From positions 50,468,001-50,532,000 of the forward strand of contig OX597822.1 in assembly GCA_951406725.2 (NCBI GenBank): a stretch of DNA of 64,000 nt. The letters run 5' to 3'. Both the position numbers and the translations under genes were made by a program. The DNA is from Octopus vulgaris. Its lineage: Eukaryota. The notes beneath the pieces were generated by a model that saw nothing but the letters and a program-made list of their open reading frames with translations, made no database searches and was not told the DNA's origin. Positions 29,823 through 42,891 of this stretch are shown here, piece after piece; position 1 is the first letter of the stretch, and every line of letters starts with the position of its first letter.

Positions 29823-30189
29823 GACAATGTATGAACAAACAAACTCCTGCATTATGAACGATGTCTTCTAACCACAAGACCCGTCTTTCTGTGTCCGTTG
29901 TGCATAGCTCACTGAGAACTGCCGTTTGCAAAATGTCTGAAAATGCTAGTCAAATTGGAGCTAATTAACAACAGGTGCTCTAAGCAGTATTCATTGCGCA
30001 ATGAATACTGCTTAGAGCAGCTGATGTTCTCAGCAAGCTTGGATATAAAAGAACTAGATTGGCTTATGTATCTCGTTCTTTTATATCCAAGCTTGCTGAC
30101 AACATCATGGCGAAAGTTGTCGTCTGAGAGAAATTATTTTACAATGCGTGTGCGAAACCATCACTGGACTATGGATGAGTAGATCGGAT

Positions 30190-30232
30190 CATTAGGCACG
30201 TGTTTCAGCCTCATTAAATTTCATCAGCTATG
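30190..30232 (-). ncRNA. Degenerate minimal hammerhead relic
   Basis: Minus strand CATAG CTGATGA aatttaatgaggct GAAA CACGTG cctaatg. Core and palindromic loop III present; stem II decayed. Confidence 0.4.
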
Positions 30233-30555
30233 GATAACGAAATTCTAGTTCAGAATTTTTCAATAACAGCTTTGGTGTCATTAATTACTTCGCTTGTCAA
30301 CATGCAGCATTGCAATTCTTATTAATTTCATTTTACAAAAATGAAATTTCAAAGGATGACTTACTTTGCTATATTTAATTTTCTAAAATATGAAGAGCAA
30401 TTTGACGATAGTTTTCATCTCTGGATTTGTCAGTAAAACTCATCATCGAATCTAAATATATGTTGCACTCCAGATATTTACACAAGTATCTATGTTTATC
30501 TTCAAAACAAAAGCCTACTGGGCACTCACCCCTCACTGTTTCCGTCTGTATATAT

Positions 30556-30572
30556 GAGTGTATATGCGTGTA

Positions 30573-30645
<73 letters not shown>

Positions 30646-30720
30646 ACATATATATTATATATATATGCATAATATATATGTATATAATATATATATATGT
30701 ATATATATAATATATATATG

Positions 30721-30766
<46 letters not shown>

Positions 30767-30786
30767 TATATATGTATATAATATAT

Positions 30787-30837
<51 letters not shown>

Positions 30838-30956
30838 AATATAATACATATATATGTTTATATATATATAACATATATATATGTATATATATATATGTAT
30901 ATATATATATACATATGTATAATATATATATATGCATAATATATATATATATATGT

Positions 30957-31000
<44 letters not shown>
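30556..31000. repeat. Long imperfect (TA)n tract
   Basis: Direct reading. Confidence 0.95.
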
Positions 31001-31002
<2 letters not shown>

Positions 31003-31727
31003 TGTATGATGTATGCACACAGATATGTATACATATATACGTACAAACATTTTTATTTATATCGATCAATTTGTGCGTGCATCTTCGTGTCTATTAAAAC
31101 ACTTCACCCAATTTCATCTATTTTTGCACAAACATATACGAACACATTTATTTATTCTAGTTTATTAAGAATATTGGAAAATTACTTGCTATGAAAACTT
31201 GAAAATAAATTACAATATAAGACTAATGAAATTAAACATTTGATTCATTTACAATCAACACTGGCATCATTCCAAAAATGTGTCACATTATTTGCCAAAT
31301 TGAAGCAAATATTTTGATTTTCAACAACCCTTGAACTTTTTATGTAGAAGATTTAATAAAATATTCATAAATGTGAAACTATAAAGAGACAAAAATCGTT
31401 AACCCTAATTAGTTGACATGATCTAGAATTGTAGAATAAATTCATTAGATGGCTGTTTAGTTCAAATTGCTGCTTGTCAATCTTAAGCCACAGCTGATAT
31501 GTAGTTCTATTTGGAAAGGTTTTTCATTCACAAGCAAATCATATTCTTTGCAGAGTCTCTGCTTCCAGAGAGAGTCAAGTTTCAACAATGTGTCATTTCT
31601 AGTGTAACATACCAAGCGATTGATCGTTCAGATGTACCCATTGGTATCTTATGGAATATTTTTGAGATAATGCCAAATAGTTTCATAATAGTAATATTAA
31701 TTCACAATAAACATATATATGCAAATA

Positions 31728-32987
31728 TCAGGTCATCCCATAAGTTCTGTCCGATTTTACCTTTTTTTAAAAAATTGAATGAAATTTAATAGTATCTTTG
31801 AATTTTAATAGTATCTTAATCATTATTTTTATGAATTTGTGTACATTTAAACTAATTTAATATTATTTTACAGAATAATAGAATTAAAATTTATTTGATT
31901 AAAATCCTTTCAAACATGGAAGCATCCAAAGAGCATTTGAGGCACATAATGCTTTATGAGTACAAAAAAATGAATCTCTGGAGCCGAAGCGACTCGAAAC
32001 ATGCACTCAGTTTATGGGAAAGAATGCTTGAATGGAAGAACTTGCAGAAGATGGTTTGCAAACTTCAAAAGTGGAGATTTCAGCCTTGAAGATGAAGATC
32101 GAACAGGGTGTCCTGTTGAATTTAATGATAAGCTACTTGAGAAGTATTACTTGAAGAACACCCTGCATTATCAGTTGAAGAATTTGCTATAAAGCTTAGT
32201 TCAAACCATACAACTGTTCATCATCATCTTCAACAACTAGGAAAGTTTCCTAAACTAGGAAAATTGGTGTCTCATGAATTGTCCGAAAGCAACTGCAATT
32301 CCCATATTGACATCTGTTCTCTCCATTCTCGCGAACCCATTTCAACCTTTTTGGATAAACTTGTGACTGGTGGCGAAAAATGTATCTTCTATCGAAATGT
32401 AAAACGTCATAAACAGTGGCTTGGTAAAAAGGAAATGGTAAAAAGGGAGGGAACTTCATGGGGAAAAGGTACCTCTCTCTGTCTGGTAGACGTTCAAAGG
32501 AATAATTCACTTTGAATTGTTACCACCTAATGCAACAATCAACGTTCAAGTTTACTCTCAGTAATCAGAGCGTTTGAACCAAGCTTTGAAGAAAAAAACC
32601 TCTTTAGTGATTCGAAAAGGAGTGATGGTTCACACTGCAAAGATCACATCACAGAAGATCGAAGAGCTCGGTTGGGAAACATTTCCTCATCCAAATTATT
32701 CTCCTGACCTTGCTTCTTCAGACTACCATTTGTTTCGTAGTTTACAGAATCATTTGGGGGACATAACTTTCACAAGCCAGGAGAGTGTCGAAACTGACAT
32801 TTCAGAGTTCTTCGCTTTGAAACCAAAATAGTTTTACATTGATGGGATTAAGAAGCTTGTTCATAGATGGACGGAAGTCATAGATAATCAGGGTAAGTAC
32901 ATTGATGATTAAATTTCAATTAAATATCACATTTGGTCGCTTGTTTTCTTTATTCCAAATTCGGACAGAACTTATGCGAAGACCTGA
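31728..32987 (+). mobile_element. Full-length (1260 bp) non-functional mariner with TIRs and TA target duplication
   Basis: TIRs TCAGGTCATCCCATAAGTTCTGTCCGA and TCGGACAGAACTTATGCGAAGACCTGA, flanked by TA. Motifs LVSHEL, VTGGEKC (D to G) and YSPDLASSDYHLF; frameshifted. Confidence 0.92.
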
Positions 32988-32991
32988 TATA

Positions 32992-34160
32992 TGAGATTGG
33001 GCAGAAAAAGGTCATAGGCTGACTATGAAGGAGTCATGCCACAACTGTGAAATTTTGCATGTATTAATTTCAGATCATTTTATTAATAACTCCATTTTTT
33101 CTCTGGAGAACAGACATCTGTCTGTTCAAAGGTTTCAAAATATTAGCGACATCTCTTGAAAATGGTCAAAATTTGGCATAGTGTCTACAAGGACATTCAT
33201 CCTGATATGGTGATCCAGCTATATGAACAGTGCAAAACTGGACAACTGAATTTAGGAGGAGAAGGAATAATGTTGAAGGGGGCCGGGGCATGGACATCCT
33301 ACAACTGCTACCATCGAAGAAAACATTGTTCCTCTTCAACACTCGGCTATGAATGAGGAAGTTGAGAATATTCTGTACAATTAACTTGACGTGTATCAGG
33401 GTTTCTGCACGGCGGCTGTCACAAATTTCTGATACCATATCAAAAGCTCACCAGGCTGATCCAATCCACAGGAAAATCAGACCTTATCTGAGGGAGATCC
33501 AGCTGGTTTCCTGGAATATTTCTTAATACAGGATGAGTGTTTCCTTCATCACTTTGAGCTAGATACAACGCATGCAGAGAGAACACTCTTCAACCGCAAA
33601 AAACGAAGCCAATGTTGGTTCATTTCCGGACAAGTTGATGCCCGAAGTTTTGTAGGCAGAAACACAAGGCATTATGTTTATTGACTATCTTCAAAAGAGC
33701 CACACGATCAATGGAGAATACTACACAAAAAGTTTGAAGCAGTTACGTAAGGCTATCTGGACCAAACTCCCAGGAAAATCTACGAAAGTGGTCTTGATTC
33801 ATCAGTACACCGCTCAAGCACATGAATCTTTGGTTTCAATGGTAGCCATGAATGGCTGTGGCTTTGAACTGGTTAATCGGCTTCCATGTTCCCCTGATTT
33901 GGTCTCATTTTACTATCATTTGTTCCCGAAATGAAAAAAAACACGTAGCCGAGAACCAGTATCACAGTGATGGTAACGGCACGCTTGCTCTTGATGACTA
34001 TTTTGACCAACAGAATGAAAGCTTCTTCACTAGTGAGAACCAAGCACGCAACACCGATGGAGGAAGTGTGTGCACAGCTAGGAGGACTACACTTCATTTG
34101 GTGGTTACATTTCATGACCGCATCTTGGTCAGCCTATGAAGTTTTCAGCCGCAGCTTGCA
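32992..34160 (+). mobile_element. Second, older mariner relic
   Basis: TIR cores tcataggctgac and gtcagcctatga. ORF FIDYLQKSHTINGEYY..PCSPDLVSFYYHLFP. Confidence 0.85.
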
Positions 34161-34400
34161 TACTTGTAAATGGATGATCCATATTAAAAAATTCAAAATC
34201 ATTCATATACATTGGTTCAATGCATGCTTTTGCTGTATAGCAGTTTACTACGCTACTACTTAGGTTCTGATTTGAGTTTCACAGACCACCAGGAGGGAGT
34301 TTTTTAATATAGTCTCGGACGGAAAAATTTTAATGGCTGGGTATTTGGGAGACGGATGTTAAGAAGCCAATTGCATATGATAAAAATGAAAATAATAACG

Positions 34401-34439
<39 letters not shown>

Positions 34440-34442
<3 letters not shown>

Positions 34443-34740
34443 TGTGGGATTACAGTAACATGCATGATTACAGTAACATGTAGGATTACAGTAACATGTG
34501 GGATTGTAGTAACATGTGGGATTACAGTAACGTGTGGGAATACGGGAAAATGTGGGGTTACATAACATGTGGGATTGCATATCATGTGGGATTGCAGTAA
34601 CATGTAGGAATACATTAACACGTGGGGGGTTATATAACATGTGGGATTACATATCATGTGGGATTACAGTAACATGTGGGGATACAGTAACATGTGGGGA
34701 TACAGTAACATGTGGGATTATAGTAACATGTGAGATTACA
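34440..34740 (+). repeat. 18-bp minisatellite (ACATGTGGGATTACAGTA), ~17 imperfect units
   Basis: Direct reading. It lies between an (AAT)n tract and the LINE ORF. Confidence 0.9.
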
Positions 34741-37700
34741 CCGGGGACGTTTAACATGTGAGAACGATAAAACAGCGCTCCGAAATCTATCCACAAACAT
34801 CGAAAACAAAGACATCGCATGGAGCTAAAACTTAACTGACGAAGGATTGGACTATATCCGAGTAAGCAATACTCATTGAAATTTATTACTATTTTCGGAA
34901 CGAAATGATGTATTTAACTCGATATCATCTCCACCTCTAACACAACACATGTAAACATGCGTGGAACATTACGATCCATCTACACCAGATCATCCCCGAC
35001 CCCAAACACCATGTACAAAAAACTACGAAGAAATTAAATAACACCGATATTATTCAACCCAAGAATAACAATCAGGAAGTACGTACTGTAAACTTACAGC
35101 ATAAAATGTATGAAAAACAACACGTGCAAAACAATGTGACAACAGAAATGACAGGACCGGTACCCTACGAAAATGACGACCGTCAAAATAATGGGCCGGA
35201 CGTTGTTCCACATGTCCCGCAAATAAAACCCAAAATACATCAATGGACACGTGAGGGATACATTTCTATCCTACACGCTCACTTTACAGCAGTGCTCTAC
35301 CCAAAGAATGAAAACACAACATATCATACATATAAATATGGAAGGAAAATAACATAAATATAGACTTGGATACAGCAATGAACCCTAATAAACTAGCTAA
35401 CGTACGAAGATACATTCTCAACGCAAAAAAAATATCAGAAATAGAAATAGAACATCTAAAAGAAAAAATACACCAGGAAAATGTAGATAGAGCCACACAG
35501 CAATGCCCAATAATATAAACACTGAAACAGTAAAACACGAAGACAAACGTAACATTCCCAACAAACACGATGTAAACAAAAAACAACAAATCCAGACCGT
35601 AAGGATGCATAATAATACACGACAAACAGCAAGCCAAAACACGACAAACAAACATACAAATAAGAAAGAAAGTGACACAAATCTAAAACCTGGAAACAAC
35701 GAAGGGGAGCCTAATGATTATGATAATATAAAAAGTAGAATAATCAAAGAACTGAAAACCACAGAGCTCAAAATGGACCACCGACCATACCTCCCAAAAA
35801 TCGAAATAGACGAAACAATAACACCAATTATAAACAGCATAAACCTAGCCGTCACGGAACTAATAGGCACTGAAGCAAAAAGCGATATCACTGAGCTAAA
35901 TGACTTAGTATACGCAGCAGCCACTGTAGCCACAAAAGAAGCTGGATACTCACTCAAACCCGTCCAAACAGGAGTACTACCACCCAAACAAACCCTGTGG
36001 ATAAATAACATCCAAAACAAAATAAAAAAATGAGAAAAGATCTGTCGATTCTTAATGAAATCAGTAGACAATCAACGCTACTGAGCAGCAAAAAGAAAAC
36101 AAACATACTCCGCAAATACAACATCACAGAAAAAGATTTACCTGAGATAAAAGAAAATCTAAAGCAAGATATCCTTGCCAAAGCACAAAGGATCCGCCGG
36201 TACGAGAAACGCCAGCGCTTCTTTGAACAAAACAAAAACTTCAACTCCAACCCCAAAAAGTTCTACCAAGAACTTGGCAAAAATAAAATAGAAATCACTG
36301 CAGCACCAACCAGCAGAAGAAGTGGAAGAATTCTGGAGAGAAATATGGTCGGCGAACGAACAACCAAAAAAAAAAGAGCATTAAAACAACAAACTCAGCA
36401 TCTGAGCAACTTTGGACCCCCATTACAACTGAAGAAGTCACCTAGGCACTGCAAAGACTAAGCAACTGGAAGGCACCTGGGCATGACAAGATCCCCAACT
36501 TTTGGTTGAAATATCTAACAGGAATGCACAAAAGGCTGGCTGAAATTTTTAACATCATACTGGCAGAGCCAGAGACAATGCCTGAATGGCTCACGAAGGG
36601 GAAAACCATCTTAATTCCCAAATCAAATGAGACAGCAAAACCAGAAAACTATAGACCAATAACCTTCTCCCTACAATGTACAAGGCATTTACTGCAGTGA
36701 TATCGCAATGGTTGAACAAGCACCTGGAAGAAAACAACCTGTTTCCAGAAGAGCAGAAAGGATGCCGCAAAGGCTCATATGGCTGTAAAGATCAACTAAT
36801 GATTAATAAAGCCATAATTGAAGACAGCCACAGAAGGAAGAAGGGCCTCAGTATGGCTTGGATCGACTACCAAAAGGCGTTTGATAGCATCTTCCACACA
36901 TGGATCCTCGAAACACTAGCCATGAACAAAGTAGCACCAACTATTATAAAATTCATAGGACACTCTATGAATAAATGGCAAACAGTCCTACACCTCCAAA
37001 CAAAAGAGGGACTCATAAAAACCAAAGCCATCCCCATTATAAGAGGAATATTCCAAGGAGACACGCTCTCTCCACTCCTTTTCTGCTTGGCACTGTGTCA
37101 CCTCTATCTGATATACTAAATAGTACTGGATGCGGATATAAATGTTACCGCAAAATGATCAGCCACCTTTTATATATGGATGACCTAAAACGATACGCTG
37201 CAAATGACAAACAGCTGGAAACACTATTAAAGACAGTTCATGGATTTACCAAAGAAATAGATAGATATGAAATTTGGATTAGAAAAATGCGCCAAAGTAA
37301 CCATGAAAAGAGGAAAACTAGTTAAGAATAGCAACATCACACTAGATAAAACCAGTGAAATAAAAGAATTAGCCAAACTTACAAATACTTAGGAACCCAT
37401 GAACTAGATAAGACCCAACACGCACAAATGAAAGAGAAAATAAAAAAAAGGAATATTATAGACGAGTTAGATCAATACTAAAACAGAGCTCAATGCTAAA
37501 AACAAGATAATAGGTATTAACACTTTAGATGTCCCTGTTATAAGTTACAGCTACAATATCCTTAACTGGACACTAAATGAACTGACGAAAATAGATAGGA
37601 AAACAATAAAAAATAATGACAGGATCTAGGATGCATCACCCAAAATCTGACAGAGAAAGACTATATATACAGCGTATAGAAGGTGGTAGAGGCCTTATAC

Positions 37701-39008
37701 AGCTGGAAAACTACTATAAAATAATCACCATAGGACTGCAAAAATATCTATTTCAGAAGGAAGGAAAACTGATACAAATAGCGGCAAAACACGAGCAAAA
37801 CAAAAAACTGTTCTCAGTATTTAAGGAAGCTGACAAATACAAACAAGAATTCACACCACCTAACAAATATGAAGAAGAAGAAGAAGAAGAAGAAGAAGAA
37901 GAAGAAGAAGAAGAAGAAGAAGACGAAGAAGAAGACGAAGAAGAAGAAGAAGAAGAAGACGAAGAAGAAGAAGAAGAAGAAGAAGAAGACGAAGAAGAAG
38001 AAGAAGAAGAAGAAGAAGAAGAAGAAGAAGAAGAAGAAGAAGAAGAAGAAGATGATGATGATGATGATCATGAAAGAACAAAAGCTATAAAACAAATGAA
38101 ATCCAAACTAAAACTAAAACAGCAAAGAACCATGATAAAACGATGGCAAGAAAAGCCCCTTCATGGTAAATACTGGACTAAACTAAATGCAAAAGAAATA
38201 GACAAAGAAAAATCCCAGCAATGGTTGAGAAGCTCAGGACTCAAAGCAGAGACAGAGGGATTTGTAATTGCAGCACAAGACCAAATCTTCCCCACCAGAA
38301 ATTACCAAAAACATGTAATGAAAAGAAATATAACAAGTAACTGCAGAATATGTGGAGATGGACAAGAAACAATAAATCATATTATCTCTGGCTACCCAGT
38401 CCTGGCTAAGAAGGAATATGTTCACAGACATGACAGAGTTGGAACCTACATACACTGGAAACTATGCCAACATTATGGAATAACAACAGAAAAAAGATGG
38501 TATAGGCACACACCAGAAAAGGTCACAGAAAACGAGAAAGCAACCATACTCTGGGATATGCCGATACACACAGATAGAGAAATTAAGGCCAACAGACCAG
38601 ATATAGTTGTCAGAGATCATAAAGAAAAAATGCTTTCTAACTGATGTATCAATAACAGCAGATGACAACGTGACTCTAAAAGAAATGGAGACACTTTCAA
38701 AATACAAAGACCTGGAAATAGAGGTAACCAGAATGTGGAATCTAAAAACAGAAACAATTCCTATCATAGTAGGTGCATTAGGCATGATAAAAAAATATTC
38801 AGACAAATACATAGCAAAAACACCAGGACTTACAAACACATATAACATACAGAAAATTGCACTACTAGGCACTGCACACATCCTACGCAGAACACTTTAA
38901 ATACAATAACCATCAGAGCATCACAACAAATCATAGCACATACCCAAGGCACACAGAGCTGCGCTCGGTAGTGAAGTGAAAGCACACTATAAAAATAAAA
39001 CTACTGAA
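34441..39008 (+). mobile_element. Near full-length degenerate R4/Dong-clade non-LTR retrotransposon
   Basis: Frameshifted single ORF with QWTREGY, NWKAPGHDKIPNFW, NYRPIT, WIDYQKAFDS, GIFQGDTLSP, YMDD, CRICG..HIISG, RHD and RPDIVV (REL). (AAT)n on both sides. Confidence 0.92.
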
Positions 39009-39687
39009 TGATAATAATAATAATGATGATAATCATAATAATAATCTCTCTAACTCGGTCATCAGTGCTGCTATAAGCATTCACACGGTAGGATGACTAT
39101 TTTACGGCTCCCCAAATATATGTAAGACCTTTTTTATTACTTCAAACTATGATATTGTGTATACGTTTGATAAAACTTTCAGATGTTTATAGATTTTTTA
39201 AACTATGATGTGATGTTCCATAGATAGATTCCTTTATCGCAAATACGGTTTTATGTTTTATAGATAGACTACTATAGCTTTATTAAAACTTTGAGATGTT
39301 TTTCATAAATTTCTGTATCTCAGCTATGTAATTCTTGGATTAATTTTTTCTATGGGGGTAATAGTGTAGATAAGTAATAAAAAATGGAAAAATAAAAAAT
39401 ACAATAATCGCATGCACCAACAGGTTTACCCAAAGAGGGAGTGAAGGTATCATAAAATTTTGAAGTAATCATAATAGATTGTAATAATTATGTTTCTAGT
39501 ACTAATTAATAGTTTTTATCACAATAAAGTGCTGAAGAGTCAATTTCAATTGTGTACTTACTAACATGTAGTAAAGTCCAACCACCTATTGTCCAAAATG
39601 GGATTGACAAAGGTCCAGCGTTCAATATAATTGGTCAGGGAAATTTAAGAACAGAATAAACTATTAAGACCGTTATACAGGTTGATA

Positions 39688-39742
<55 letters not shown>

Positions 39743-41369
39743 AATAAATGTATGAAAGAGTGGTATATGTTGTAAATGCCCAGAAACGGTTAGGAAATTA
39801 TATATAAAAAAGACAAATATGTAAAAGAGTACAATGCGAATGAATGAACAATGCCAGCAGTATCATTAAAATATAGAGAGGTATCTATTTGGATAATTAG
39901 GAATTAAGGTGGTCGGGGTGGGAATGGTACAAAAGCTTTATAAAATAAGAGTGTGAAATTAGTAGACAATAAAGGGAATTTGTGCTGTAGGAAAAGAATC
40001 AGGGAGGGTGATAAAGATGATAATTACGGTTAAGAGCAGGTAATGACTAGGGAAGTGATCTAAATCGAGAGATTATAATACAAAGTTTAAGTTCTGAACT
40101 AACATCCACAGTATCTAAGCAGTGAACTGAGTAGACAATCAAACAATTAATTGGCTAAATATTTCCTAATTCATTCAACCTAGTTGTCATATAAGCATAA
40201 GTATACATCCTTAAATTAATTACATGATTGCAAATTAATTACTTGCTAATTATTATTTTTGTTAAAGATGCAAGCTCATACTAAAATCTGGTCAATCATA
40301 CTTAATATATATTATTATATTATCATTATCATTATAATTTTATTAACTAGCTTTAATTATCCTTATTATTATATCAACCCATGCTAGAGTGCATACATAT
40401 GGGAGCTTCCACAATTGTACTTCCATGCATGTATTAATACGCCTAAAAATAATAATGGCTCGTAGAAAAGCGCTAACTGCAATACAGGATACAAGCAAAT
40501 ACTAACTAAAAGAGGTGTGAAGTACATATTAAAGTGTTAAATTAATTTTTGCTATCCGGGATGGAGGGAAGTTATAGAAATGAGAAAATCTAATAGGGGG
40601 TCACTAATAAATGGAAATAGACCCATGCTGACCGAAATTAGGTCCAGAATGAAATTAAGATAAGTGGAACAAGTTATCAAATAGTATAAAAAGGTAAAGT
40701 TAGTTGCAAATAATTCATTGTTAAGGTGGCAGGTCAAGGTTCCATTTAGGAGTGGGGGTAATGGTAAGGGAATGGATATTTGTGCTCTCTATAGTCTAAA
40801 TTAAGTTAACAGTTAATAGGACTGATATTATATGATAAAAAGGGATGAGAAGGCTATATTCAGGAGCAGTATATTAATATATAATTTAGTTATGTGTCGG
40901 AGGTAAAATTTTAAACTCGCTTAGGTTTAGTGTAAGAATATTAATGCTGGATTACGTATAAGAAGCCTAGATGTGTAAGTCTATTAAACTAGCTTTAATT
41001 CCAAGGTAATACATGCCATCATTTGTAGTTTGTTTGGAATTTGCTTTAGAATGCAAATTCATCGCCACCGCACCTTCGTACAATGTAAAATATAAGAAAT
41101 TCCATTTGTGCATGAATGTAAAATATTTCATATTAGATGACAATCTCCCATTATTTAACTTGAGGGAAGAGAGAAATTAGCTTGCTTGCCTCTAAAGTAC
41201 ATTTAACTTCTCTATTACATTCCTCCAACCACTGTGCATGGTTTTCTTTGACTTAGCGGAAACTTTCGGTCTCCCCTACAAAGTTTCGACGATCATTTTG
41301 TAATTCTGGCTCTACATATTTTTTTTATTTCGCAGATATATTCCCGTATTTGGCTTCTCTTTCAGAACG

Positions 41370-42130
41370 TTTCATTTTTTTATGCTGCACTGGCTTCATC
41401 CTCCGAGCCGGTTGCTCTATTGGACGATGATCACTTGTGTCAGTATGGTGCTTTACACTACACTGTAGCAGTAGTTCCGATTTCAGTGCAATCACTGTCG
41501 TCGGGAACGCTTTCACTTCACCACCAATATAAATCCACTTTTCCAATTTCACATGGACTAATCTTCCTTTCACCCAAACTTCATGGAGCAGAAGTCCAGA
41601 CGACACCCCATGGACACCACCTTCTCACAGTACCAACAACTTTCATTAACTCTTTCTACTTCACGTACTTGCTCCTTCCTCGCTTTGAATCCGGAACATT
41701 AGACTATCTGGAATCTTTCTGTACTCGACCTTACATACGACTAAAATTTCAGGGCTTTAACCAATCCCTCTTGCATGGTATTCAACTGTACTTGTTTCAC
41801 TTGAACTTTGAGGTCTGCACTGCCCAAAGCGTTAATAAACTGCAATTTCAGAAGAAGAGCATAACATTCCTAGGCAGGCTGTTGTAGAGATTCTCCTCTA
41901 GCGCTTACACTGGTCTGAAATCGTACTCTGTACACTTCACTCAGCCAAAAGTGCCATATCTTTTCTCTAACAGTTTAACTAGTAAAAAATAACAGCTTCT
42001 GTCCTCCACAGACAACTGGCTCAGTACCACTAGTGCAGCACCCTTTAGACTAGTAGCAAGCTGAACTGCTCTTTGCCCATCGTCCCATCATTTCGAGTCA
42101 GCCAATAGTTGAAACTGGATACGGAAGGCT
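41370..42130 (-). mobile_element. Ty3/Gypsy LTR retrotransposon gag and early pol relic
   Basis: Minus translations AVQLATSLKGAALVVLSQL..LEKRYG, RGESLQQ, FINALGSADLKVQVKQ, CWYC and VKHHTDTSDHRPIEQPARR. Confidence 0.75.
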
Positions 42131-42224
42131 TCCTATGACACTTTGCCGTCAAATTCCTGTTGCTGCTTATTAATAGCGAATCTAATTCGGCCTTGCACAT
42201 TTTTGCACCAATATTTTGGTTACT

Positions 42225-42650
42225 GAAAATGATATAATTTGTTTTCGAAATGCCTGGAATATTTTGAGTCAAATTCGGTTTTAGGCCTTACTTACCAAGT
42301 ATCTAATAATTAAAGCTGCTTAACATTGCTTTCCACTTAATATCTTTTAAAGGGTTTTCGCCAAAAGATTCTACTCATCGGGTTATTTTATAAAGATATA
42401 ACTAAAATATAGTTTGCCTTTGAAGTACCTGAGATATTTTGAGTCAAATTCAATTTTAGGCGTTAGTTTCCAAGTTCTCGGCTACTTAAAGTTGCATAAT
42501 TTTTTTTATCATATCTTTTAACGAAGTCGTCAGCAAAATATTCTCCTCATCGAGTTCTTTTAAAAATATATGATTAAATTATACTTTGCTTTTTAAATAA
42601 CTGAGATTATGCGGGTAAAAATAAATATCAGGCGTTACTCTCCGACTTTT
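42225..42650. repeat. Diverged ~175-bp tandem repeat, ~2.5 units
   Basis: atattttgagtcaaattc at 42259 and 42434; a third degraded unit near 42601. Confidence 0.7.
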
Positions 42651-42860
42651 GGCCCTATATATTTTATCATGACTTATTTTTCTACAGAACTACATTCCCA
42701 TTATTTTATGTCAAAATGTAGCTTACCACTAGTTCATCATAGTGCAAAAAACAGATTTAAGATTGAGCTAACACTGAATTAGTGGTAAAGCATCAAATTT
42801 TCCGCGAGTTAGGAAAAGTTGAATTTAAGAATATTATTCACTCACTGCTACATGTGAATA

Positions 42861-42891
<31 letters not shown>

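Noticed and set aside
34440-34740. Possible CRISPR-like array
   Set aside because: Repeats are contiguous with no unique spacers, there are no cas genes, and the context is eukaryotic.
41420-41887. 155-aa plus-strand ORF ending ..FQKKSITFLG, RT-like
   Set aside because: The minus strand gives a much better Gypsy gag reading; the plus ORF is probably its antisense shadow.
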